From Gemmatimonadales bacterium (GTDB lineage: Bacteria; Gemmatimonadota; Gemmatimonadetes; Gemmatimonadales; GWC2-71-9), in NCBI GenBank assembly GCA_044229445.1, contig JBGASX010000012.1, positions 4,671 through 68,670 on the forward strand: 64,000 nt of DNA, in the 5' to 3' direction. Under the pieces are notes generated by a model, which made no database searches, was not told the origin of the DNA, and saw only the letters and a list, made by a program, of their open reading frames with translations. Both the position numbers and the translations under genes were made by a program. Shown here piece by piece: positions 8,687 to 16,759 of this stretch (its first letter is position 1; every line of letters begins with the position of its first letter).

Positions 8687-10716
8687 CGGTTCTCCTTGCC
8701 GCCGTGGCAGCTCTCACACTTTCCCGACAGGGGCCGGAAGATCAGCCGCTCCGAGTGCCCACCCGACACATCGTTCACATGACAGCGATTGCACGGCACG
8801 TTCTCGTGCGCGCCCTTCAGCGAGAAGGACGCATCCCGGTTGTGGTCGAATCGGCCCGCCGGCGAGAAGGCCTCGCTGGTGTGGCAGGCCTCGCACCGCC
8901 CGCCGTCCGCCCGGCTGGCGAACTGATTGCCATGCGGGTTCTCGTGGCAGTCGGCGCACGCCGTCTTTGCCGAGAACCGGAGTTCGGCGAAGCTCGCCCC
9001 ACCCGCGATGAGCGACGAGCGTTTCGGTGTGCCCGCCATCTGCTTCATGTCCGCGTGGCAGGCGATGCATGGCGTCGCCCCATGCGCTCCCTCGAGGGCC
9101 AGCCCGAAGTCCTTGTGGGTCGCGATCGTCGCCGTCGAGGGCCGGAACGCCCGCGTATCGTGGCAGGCGAGGCATCCCTGGCTCTTCATGCGTGCGCCGC
9201 CGGCCGAGAAGCGACCCTTGTGCGGATCCACATGGCAGGCGGCGCACTCGACCTGCGTGACCTTGAAGAGGATCCCGGCCTTACCCAGCACCGTGGTCGT
9301 TGTGAGTGGGGGCAGCCCCTTCCGGTCGCTGCCGTGACAGGCGCGGCATTCGATGTCGCCATGCCGGCCGTCGAGCGCCAGCTTCAGCCTGGCGTGCGCG
9401 GAACGGTCGAAGGTGCTGGGCTTCCATCCGGCCACGCCGTGACAGGCGGCACAGTCGCCGCGGTCAGCCCGTGCACGGAGCTGCCCTCCATGATCATCGG
9501 CATGGCAGTCGAGACATGTAGCCGCCGCGGGCCGCATCACCACCTTCGAACTGCCCCATTTCGGTACGGCCGCCGTGCCGGCGTCGCGTCGATGGCAGGC
9601 CGCGCACTTGACGGTCCCGTGCTTTCCTTCAAGCGGATACTTGGCCCTGGCGTGCTGCTCGACGGTGAAGGTCGAGGGCACAAAACCGGCGACCGTGTGG
9701 CAGGCATCGCATCCCACGATCTTCCCCGCCAGGGTCGCCGTTCCGTTATGCGCGTCCTTGTGGCAGGAGGCGCAACTCTGGAAGGCCGGCTTCTTCAGGG
9801 CCGCCGTGGAGAAATCGCCGTGGCAGTCGGCGCACCGCACGGTGGCATGTTCGCCCTTCAGCGGGTACTTGGTCCGGTCGTGATTGAAGCTGGACCGGTC
9901 GATCTGCTGGAAGCTCCGTGTCGAATGGCAGCTCGCGCAGTTGGCGCCGAATTGCCCCTTGTGGACGTCCTCGTGGCAGTCCGCGCAGCTCTGGTGAGGC
10001 ACCGGCTTGTAGACCGGTACCGGGCGCCCCTGCGCGTCGGTCTTCGGGGAGAGCCGCGGAGCCAGATGGCACTTCTCGCACTTCACGTCCGCATGCTTGT
10101 TGGTCAGCGGATACGCGGTGCTGTCGTGGCTGAACCCGGGAGTCACCGTCCATTTGCCGGTATCGTGACACTTCACGCAGTCAGTGCCGAGCGCGCCGCG
10201 ATGCACGTCGGCATGACAGCTGGTGCACGTCGTCTCGAGGCCGGTGTATCCCTGGCCGGTCTTCCGCGCGGACAGCTTGGCCGCATCGGAGACCTGGTAC
10301 TTCGGCTGGTGGCACTCGGTGCACTTCGTGTCGGCATGGGTCTGCGTCAGCGGCCAGCCCGCACGTCGGTGGTCGAACCGCGCGGCGCTGCCGTCCGGCC
10401 ACTTGACCATGCTGAACGTCTCACCGGCGTGATCCGGATGGCAGGAGGCGCACGGGGTGCCCTTGGCCTCCGTGCTCGCGTGGTAGCCCCGGCCACGATC
10501 GATCAGCCAGGCGAGATCCTTGTGACAGCTCTCGCAGCGGGTGGCCATGCCTTCCTTGCCGCCGCCATGGCACTTGGTGCACTTGAGCGTGCCCTCGAGC
10601 TCACGGTGCGCACGTGCCAGCGGCCCGGGGGAGACCTGTCCCCCTAGCCGACTGTTCGAGACCGCACTGAACCCGAGTGCCAGCATGATCACCAAGCCGA
10701 TCGATCGGAATTGCAT
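8683..10716 (-). CDS. periplasmic multihaem c-type cytochrome, 23 CXXCH motifs
   Basis: 677-aa ORF with signal peptide MQFRSIGLVIMLALGFSAVS. I count 23 CXXCH and 7 repeats of the (F/T)-x-H...PL-x-G-x-H...CxxCH module. The start overlaps the upstream stop by 1 nt (TAATG). Confidence 0.9.
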   Translation of the reverse strand: MQFRSIGLVIMLALGFSAVSNSRLGGQVSPGPLARAHRELEGTLKCTKCHGGGKEGMATRCESCHKDLAWLIDRGRGYHASTEAKGTPCASCHPDHAGETFSMVKWPDGSAARFDHRRAGWPLTQTHADTKCTECHQPKYQVSDAAKLSARKTGQGYTGLETTCTSCHADVHRGALGTDCVKCHDTGKWTVTPGFSHDSTAYPLTNKHADVKCEKCHLAPRLSPKTDAQGRPVPVYKPVPHQSCADCHEDVHKGQFGANCASCHSTRSFQQIDRSSFNHDRTKYPLKGEHATVRCADCHGDFSTAALKKPAFQSCASCHKDAHNGTATLAGKIVGCDACHTVAGFVPSTFTVEQHARAKYPLEGKHGTVKCAACHRRDAGTAAVPKWGSSKVVMRPAAATCLDCHADDHGGQLRARADRGDCAACHGVAGWKPSTFDRSAHARLKLALDGRHGDIECRACHGSDRKGLPPLTTTTVLGKAGILFKVTQVECAACHVDPHKGRFSAGGARMKSQGCLACHDTRAFRPSTATIATHKDFGLALEGAHGATPCIACHADMKQMAGTPKRSSLIAGGASFAELRFSAKTACADCHENPHGNQFASRADGGRCEACHTSEAFSPAGRFDHNRDASFSLKGAHENVPCNRCHVNDVSGGHSERLIFRPLSGKCESCHGGKENR

Positions 10717-11696
10717 TACCAGAACCAGGTCGCACCCATCGCGACGACGACCCCGACGTGCACCAGGACCGCCACGAGGGCGGTCAGGGCGAAGGGGCGA
10801 TGCGCCACGTGCCAGAATCGGAAGATGTCCCGCGTGGCCTCGAGCATCCGGGCCTGCTGAGTGAGCGCCATCTCCCGGCTGGCGAGTCGCACGACCTCGC
10901 GCAGGGCACGGCGGTCGAGCTGCTGGCCGCCGGGGCGATTCGCGCAGATGCGCCGGAGGGCGCGCGCCGCCCGCCGACGGGCGAGGTCGTCCTTGATCAT
11001 CAGGACGACCGTTTTCATGAAGCCCGCGCCTTCGTGAGGCGTCGGGTCTGACCGCAGGACGGACTCGACCTGGGCGACCGGCAACCCGGATGTCGCGGCG
11101 ACCGAGGCCATCAGTTCATGCCGCTCGGCGGCGATTTCTTCCGCCGTGAGTTCGAGACCGCTCGCGCTACGCGGGATATGGACGTAGAGGTAGCGGCCGG
11201 CGATCCCGCTCAGCGCGACGATGATCATCGACCAGTATCCCAGTCCGATCACGCCATCGAATCGCCAGGCGGCGTGGATGGCCGCAAGAAAGGGCAGGAC
11301 CAGCGCGGTCGCGACGTGGACGTCCATCCACTTCGACATCGCGCCCGTCCAGGCGAGCCAGCGGTGTTTCTTGCGGAAGGGGTAGAGCCACAGGAACACG
11401 AAGATCAGGACCGAGAGGATGCCCGCACTCTGGCCGATGTAGCCGGACGGTCGGAGCCAGGGATGCAGCGGGCTGCGAACCTGATCTCCAGGCGAAGCGA
11501 AGTAGTACCCGCTGCCTGCGATCGTCACGCCGAGGAGAATGGCGACCGATACGAAGACCGGGGTCAGGGTCTTGTCTCCCCGGGCCTTGGGCTTGGCGGC
11601 GGCTGGGTCGGGGCGGCCGGGCGGCTGCACTTTCAGCGACTGGGTCGCCGAGGGGGATGCGTCGGGGCGGATGCTGGCCAGGCTGGACCGGGTCAT
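10716..11696 (-). CDS. polytopic membrane protein with two H-x13-H helices (ferric-reductase-domain-like di-haem b candidate)
   Basis: 326-aa ORF with about 5 hydrophobic helices. Helix MDVHVATALVLPFLAAIHAAW and helix WHVAHRPFALTALVAVLVHVG each contain His-x13-His. It is the first gene of cluster 1. Haem b binding is inferred, not shown. Confidence 0.6.
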   Translation of the reverse strand: MTRSSLASIRPDASPSATQSLKVQPPGRPDPAAAKPKARGDKTLTPVFVSVAILLGVTIAGSGYYFASPGDQVRSPLHPWLRPSGYIGQSAGILSVLIFVFLWLYPFRKKHRWLAWTGAMSKWMDVHVATALVLPFLAAIHAAWRFDGVIGLGYWSMIIVALSGIAGRYLYVHIPRSASGLELTAEEIAAERHELMASVAATSGLPVAQVESVLRSDPTPHEGAGFMKTVVLMIKDDLARRRAARALRRICANRPGGQQLDRRALREVVRLASREMALTQQARMLEATRDIFRFWHVAHRPFALTALVAVLVHVGVVVAMGATWFW

Positions 11697-11941
11697 CGTG
11701 TGCTCGATGGTGCTCGAATTGTCTGGTTTTGATGAGCGCTGTCACGCCTTGTTACGGCACAAACCGTGCGAGACGCTAGTGGCGGAACCGCAAGCTTGGC
11801 TGGGAGTTGTGGAGCGCTAATCCGTTGGTGGGAATGGCCTGGAGGTCAGGTGTGAGACACCTCACCCCATTCACCAAGCGGTACAACGCATTCCACGTGT
11901 AATGAAATGTTGCACTTCATGAACGCCGGTGATTTTGCCAA

Positions 11942-13279
11942 ATGCTCATCTACCTTGCCTTCGCAGTATTGCTTGGCGTCGCGCTGGTCGCCCAGGTCCG
12001 CGGACTCAAGAAGCGTGAGGCAACCGCCCGGGCATCCGCGGAGCGCGCCGGCCTGACATCCTCAGGGCCGCGCGCCCAGCACCCGCACATCGATGTGAGC
12101 TGGTGCATCGGCTGCGGGGCCTGCGTGACGGCCTGCCCCGAAGGCGACGTGCTGGCGGTCATCGGGGGCAAGGCGGCACTCATCAACGGCCCCAAGTGCA
12201 TCGGGCACGGGCTCTGTGCCGATGCCTGTCCCGTCGGCGCCATCGAGATCGTGATGGCTCCCCCGAGCATGATGGCGGACATGCCCGCTCTCTCTCCCCA
12301 GTTCGAAACCAGCGTCCCGAACCTCTTCATCGTCGGGGAACTCGGCGGGCTCGCGCTCATCAAGAACGCCGTCAACCAGGGACGCGACTGCATCGACCAC
12401 ATCGCCGGACTGGTGCCGCAACTCCGCCGGCGGCGGGTGGGCGATGTCGTCGACGTCTGCGTGGTCGGCGCCGGCCCGGCAGGATTGTCGGCCTCGCTGC
12501 GCGCGGTGGAGAAGGGCCTGAGCTATGTCACGCTGGAGGCGGAGGACTTCGGGGGAACAGTTTCCAAGTATCCCCGGCAGAAGCTCGTCATGACGAGCCC
12601 CGTCGAGTTTCCGCTCTCGGGCAAATTCTCCAAGCTGGAGATTGGCAAGGAGGAACTGCTCGGCTTCTGGAAGAAGATCGCGCAGAAGGCCGGCCTGAAG
12701 ATCCGGACCCAGGAGCGGGTGGAGCACATCCAGCGCGAACCGGATGGGGCCTTCACCATCGAGACGACGAAGGGACGGTATCGGGCGCTGACGGTGGTGC
12801 TCGCCATCGGGCGGCGGGGCAGTCCCAACAAGCTCGGTGTGCCTGGGGAGGAACTCGATAAGGTGATGTACAGCCTGATCGAGGCGGAGCACTACAAGGA
12901 CAATCACATCCTCGTCGTCGGCGGGGGAGACAGCGCCATCGAGGCGGCCATGGGACTGGCCTATCAGAAGGGCAACAAGGTCACCCTGTCGTACCGGAAG
13001 GATGTGTTCAGCCGGCTCAAGGAACGCAACAACCAGCGAATCCGGGAGTGCATGCGCACCGGCAAGGTCACGGTGATCTTCAACTCCGAGCCGCTCGAGA
13101 TCCGGGAGAAGTCGGTGATCCTCAAGGTGCAGGGCGGCAAACGTGAGGTCCCGAACGACTACGTCTGGGTCTTCGCGGGAGGGACACCGCCGAACGCCTT
13201 CCTCCAGAAGATCGGGGTCCAGATCGGCCGGGTGGACCTGAGCGCCTCGGCGGCGGCCGAGGCGCGCGAAGTGGCCTGA
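11942..13279 (+). CDS. membrane-anchored 2x[4Fe-4S] ferredoxin-domain / FAD-NAD(P)-binding oxidoreductase
   Basis: 445-aa ORF with an N-terminal hydrophobic anchor (LIYLAFAVLLGVALVAQV), two ferredoxin motifs (CIGCGACVTACP, CIGHGLCADACP) and two Rossmann motifs (VCVVGAGPAGLS, ILVVGGGDSAIEAA). Confidence 0.8.
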   Translation: MLIYLAFAVLLGVALVAQVRGLKKREATARASAERAGLTSSGPRAQHPHIDVSWCIGCGACVTACPEGDVLAVIGGKAALINGPKCIGHGLCADACPVGAIEIVMAPPSMMADMPALSPQFETSVPNLFIVGELGGLALIKNAVNQGRDCIDHIAGLVPQLRRRRVGDVVDVCVVGAGPAGLSASLRAVEKGLSYVTLEAEDFGGTVSKYPRQKLVMTSPVEFPLSGKFSKLEIGKEELLGFWKKIAQKAGLKIRTQERVEHIQREPDGAFTIETTKGRYRALTVVLAIGRRGSPNKLGVPGEELDKVMYSLIEAEHYKDNHILVVGGGDSAIEAAMGLAYQKGNKVTLSYRKDVFSRLKERNNQRIRECMRTGKVTVIFNSEPLEIREKSVILKVQGGKREVPNDYVWVFAGGTPPNAFLQKIGVQIGRVDLSASAAAEAREVA

Positions 13280-13323
13280 ACTGGTATATTGGGGACGTAC
13301 GTTCAGCCCGGAGATTCAGGCAT

Positions 13324-13749
13324 ATGAAGGCTGGTCACAAGTTCATCATCGGGGCGGGAATCATCGTGGGCGCCGTCAGCGTCCTGATGGCCCAGGGTGT
13401 GAAGCAGTTCGGACAGTATTCGATGAAGCCTTCCGAACTCGCCCAGCGCGTCGAGCGGGATCCGAGCCTGTACGATACCGGGCTCAAGATGGAGGCGAAG
13501 GTCGTGCCGGGCTCGGTCACCCGGGACGCGGCCAGCCAGACGATTGATTTCAAGGTCAGCGATGGCGTGCAGACCTATGCCGTGAGCTATCGGGGGCTCG
13601 CGCCCGATACCTTCACTGACCAGAAGGACATCGAGGTCGTCGTCGAAGGCCGGCTTGGGCGCGATGGCGTCTTTCGAGCCACGACGCTCCTCGCCAAGTG
13701 CGGCTCCCGCTACGAAGCGAAGTACAACGAGCAGGGCAAGCAGGCCTAG
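13324..13749 (+). CDS. ccmE: cytochrome c maturation haem chaperone CcmE, CXXXY variant
   Basis: 141-aa ORF with an N-terminal anchor, an OB-fold-like body aligning to CcmE (KVVPGSV.RD...), and LLAKCGSRYEAKY where canonical CcmE has LAKHDENY. A GGAG motif lies upstream of the ATG. Confidence 0.85.
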   Translation: MKAGHKFIIGAGIIVGAVSVLMAQGVKQFGQYSMKPSELAQRVERDPSLYDTGLKMEAKVVPGSVTRDAASQTIDFKVSDGVQTYAVSYRGLAPDTFTDQKDIEVVVEGRLGRDGVFRATTLLAKCGSRYEAKYNEQGKQA

Positions 13750-13771
13750 CCAGAACGCTGCCATGACTGAT

Positions 13772-13815
13772 GAAGCGGGGTGGGACTCGATCCGAGTCCC
13801 ACCCCGCTTCGTTTG
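13772..13815. terminator. bidirectional rho-independent-type terminator between ccmE (+) and the 16-haem cytochrome gene (-)
   Basis: Perfect long hairpin GAAGCGGGGTGGGACTCG-atc-CGAGTCCCACCCCGCTTC followed by GTTTG. Confidence 0.65.
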
Positions 13816-13835
13816 CAGGCAACCGTGGTGCCGGG

Positions 13836-15269
13836 CTAGCGGGGGTCGGGAATACTCCGCCCATGGCACGCGGCGCACATCTGGGGGTTCCGCCGCAGCA
13901 GGCGGGCCGCATCGAACCCCGGGCCGTGCGGATCGAAGCGGCCACCTGCCTGCGCCGAGTGGCACTTGAGGCAGTCCCGCTCGCTGTGGCAGGTGACACA
14001 GGTCTCGAGTGATTGCCGCGCCGCCTGCCCATGTCCAGCGATGAACCCCGGCTTGTTTTCGTGGAAGCCGCCCTGCAGGGGGCCGCGCGGCGTCAACCCG
14101 GTTTCCTGGTGGCAGGTGCTGCAGAACTGCCCCTGATTGTGGCACTCCGAGCAGTCCGACTCGCGGTTGTACGCAGCCGCGGGGTGACTGGTGAGGAAGC
14201 CGCCGGGGTGATAGCTCCCGTTGTTGCTCGCGTTGGGCCGGTGGCACTCCAGGCACTCGGTCCGAGCATGGCAGGCGCTGCACGATCTCGAACCGCTGCT
14301 CGCCTGGAGTCCGTGGCGGTCCACGAAATCCTTGCCGTGGCTCAGCGGCATCTTGCGGACGACGTGGGCCCCCTCCGCGCGTCCCGGGCCCCCGAGGGCC
14401 ATCCCGCTCGCGACGGAGGGCTGGGCGCGGTGACAGGCGGTGCAGCTCTGCTGGGTGTGGCAGGCCGCGCAATTCTTCGGGGAGTGCCGCACCATCTCGC
14501 CGTGGCGGGACTGGAACCGATCCTCCCCATGGTTCGCCGGGGCCTTGAGTTCTTCCTTGAGCGCGAGCGACCTCGGGTCGGGCTCCAGCGCTTGAATGAG
14601 CGCAAGTTCCGGGGCATTGACGTGGCACTGTGAACAGAAATCCCGGGCATGGCAGACCGCACAACTCTGGGCCACGCTTGCCCTGGAGCCGGCCGGCGGC
14701 TTCGCCTGCACCCCGTGTCCCTTCGCCGTCATGAATCCCGGTGCGTCGTGCGAGGCGGGTTTCGCGAAGCTGGCGACGCGCTCGGTGGTCAGGCCCGGAG
14801 CCTTGGCGAGCGGTAGATGACAGGTCGCACACGCCGTATCCGGCGCCGCGACGTGCTTGGCGCGAATGCCGTGACAGGCCAGGCACGGCTCCGCCTTCGC
14901 TGGCTGCACCGACATCCAGGCTCGGCCGTCAGGCATGTGGCACTCGGCACACACCAGCACCGAATCGGCACCGAGCTTGTGCGTGGATTCCCGCGCATGC
15001 TCGACATGCGTGAAGCGGAGGTTGGAGACGCGCGGCGCGCTCGGGGCTTCCCATGTGACCCGCTTCTCCACGGTTCCGTCGTGGCAGGTGGCGCACGATT
15101 CGGCGGTCGGCCAGACCGATCGGGTGGTATCCCGGATTCCGGCATGACAGCCTTCGCAGCCCGGGAATACCTTCGCGTGCTTCACATGGTCGAACTTCTC
15201 CATCGGCTGCTGGGCGGAGGCGGATCCACTCAGCAACCCGAGGGCGAGCACGAGGAAGGCGGCTCTCAT
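13836..15269 (-). CDS. periplasmic multihaem c-type cytochrome, 16 CXXCH motifs
   Basis: The track ORF is trimmed to the ATG at 15269 (MRAAFLVLALGLLSGSASAQQ, a signal peptide), which overlaps the upstream stop as ATGA. I count 16 CXXCH. Confidence 0.9.
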   Translation of the reverse strand: MRAAFLVLALGLLSGSASAQQPMEKFDHVKHAKVFPGCEGCHAGIRDTTRSVWPTAESCATCHDGTVEKRVTWEAPSAPRVSNLRFTHVEHARESTHKLGADSVLVCAECHMPDGRAWMSVQPAKAEPCLACHGIRAKHVAAPDTACATCHLPLAKAPGLTTERVASFAKPASHDAPGFMTAKGHGVQAKPPAGSRASVAQSCAVCHARDFCSQCHVNAPELALIQALEPDPRSLALKEELKAPANHGEDRFQSRHGEMVRHSPKNCAACHTQQSCTACHRAQPSVASGMALGGPGRAEGAHVVRKMPLSHGKDFVDRHGLQASSGSRSCSACHARTECLECHRPNASNNGSYHPGGFLTSHPAAAYNRESDCSECHNQGQFCSTCHQETGLTPRGPLQGGFHENKPGFIAGHGQAARQSLETCVTCHSERDCLKCHSAQAGGRFDPHGPGFDAARLLRRNPQMCAACHGRSIPDPR

Positions 15270-16759
15270 CGTCCGATCGCCCGGCGCCGGGCCGGCGGCA
15301 GGGTCAGCATGTCGGCGGCCTTGGAGCCGAACAGCCATGAGAGGCTCATCCGGAGGCGTGTCTGGGACCAGGTGAAGGCGGAGGCGTCTGGCCGACGCCG
15401 GTCTTCATCGTAGCGGACCGCGCCGGCGGCGAGGCGAAGCCGGTCCGAAAAGTGGTAGTCGGTCGAGACACCGTACCATGTCATGCGCGGGTCGTTGTAG
15501 CGGAGTTCCAGTGGGCGCACCAGCGTGCCGCCCTCGACCGTCAGCGACAGCGCCGGGCGCGGTCGCCAGGTCAGATGGCCATCGGCCCCGGAGGATGAGG
15601 CGCCAGGGCCGAACTCGCGATGATAGACCGCGTCGAAGCTCCACCGCGGAATGAACGTGAGCGTTGTGCCGGCACTCCAGCGGAATCCCCGATCCTGGAG
15701 GCCCGCGCCGAGGGGCGCGGAGAACGCCGCGTCGGCATACCAGTAGCGCTCCCCGCTGGTGCGGAAGTCGACGCCCGCGATCGGCTGCACCCAGAACGAG
15801 CCGTTTACCGCCGAATACGGCACGGGACTGAAGGCCCCCCACAGGGTCCAGAGGTCGAAGAAGGGCCGGTAGCGGCGAATGCCTCCCGCGGCGCCCCATT
15901 TCCGCTGATTGACGCGCAGGGTCAGATCGGCCGAACCCCACCAACCGAACGCGAGGTCGTATTCACCGCCACCGCTCAGCGTCCAGCCATTGAAGGGCCG
16001 GAAGGTGGCGGTGACCGCCGCTCGCTCCGAGACAAGATTCCTCGGGTCACGATCGACCTCACGCTGATACTCGACGCGGGCATCCACTCGCGGTCCCTGC
16101 CACTCGAGCGCCGCGCCGGCGACGATCTGCCGCCGTGTAGGCTGGAACTTGTCGAGGGGGTTGATGGCATCACTGGTCACCGGGAGCGCGGTCGCTCGAG
16201 CGAGACCCAGGCCGACGAATCCGATGGCGGCCAGGCCGGCCTTCGGCAGCCGGTAGGTGAAGCGCCCGCCATCGTAACCGGTATACCCCAGACGGCCACG
16301 CTCGATCTGGCGGCCCAGACGGCCATTGATGCGGGCGCCGGCGTATTCGGCATAGCCTTCGAAGAGCTGTACCGGCGTCTGATTGCCAGGCCAGATGTCG
16401 GAGCCCCTGATGTCGACTCCGAGGCGGGCGTTGGCATGGAGGCTGACGCCGCGGATGCCGAACCCCCAGGCGGTGACGTCCGCGCTGGTCGTCAGCGGCG
16501 CCGTGTGCCGTTGAGGACCGGGGCGGTAGTAGTGACAGAAGTTGCTTCCCGCCGGACAGGTGAGGGCGATTCCGTTGGGCGTCTGCAGGCCGCCTCCCGG
16601 GGCAGGCAGGGCCTGCGACAGCGGCAGGGAGTCGTAGCTCAGTCCGCGATACGCTGCCGTCTGCATCCGGGCGTCGAGGCGCACGAGGTACTGCTGTGCG
16701 CCCGCGGCGTTGGTCCCGGCGAGCACGAGGCCGGCCGCGAGGCCGAGGGTGCGCCTCAT
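15266..16759 (-). CDS. outer-membrane beta-barrel protein of cytochrome cluster 2
   Basis: The track ORF is trimmed to the ATG at 16759 (MRRTLGLAAGLVLAGTNAAGAQQ, a signal peptide), which overlaps the upstream stop as ATGA. Composition is strand-like and rich in aromatics/Gly/Arg, with a near-terminal MSLSWLF motif and an N-terminal Cys pair (CPAGSNFC). Confidence 0.6.
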   Translation of the reverse strand: MRRTLGLAAGLVLAGTNAAGAQQYLVRLDARMQTAAYRGLSYDSLPLSQALPAPGGGLQTPNGIALTCPAGSNFCHYYRPGPQRHTAPLTTSADVTAWGFGIRGVSLHANARLGVDIRGSDIWPGNQTPVQLFEGYAEYAGARINGRLGRQIERGRLGYTGYDGGRFTYRLPKAGLAAIGFVGLGLARATALPVTSDAINPLDKFQPTRRQIVAGAALEWQGPRVDARVEYQREVDRDPRNLVSERAAVTATFRPFNGWTLSGGGEYDLAFGWWGSADLTLRVNQRKWGAAGGIRRYRPFFDLWTLWGAFSPVPYSAVNGSFWVQPIAGVDFRTSGERYWYADAAFSAPLGAGLQDRGFRWSAGTTLTFIPRWSFDAVYHREFGPGASSSGADGHLTWRPRPALSLTVEGGTLVRPLELRYNDPRMTWYGVSTDYHFSDRLRLAAGAVRYDEDRRRPDASAFTWSQTRLRMSLSWLFGSKAADMLTLPPARRRAIGR

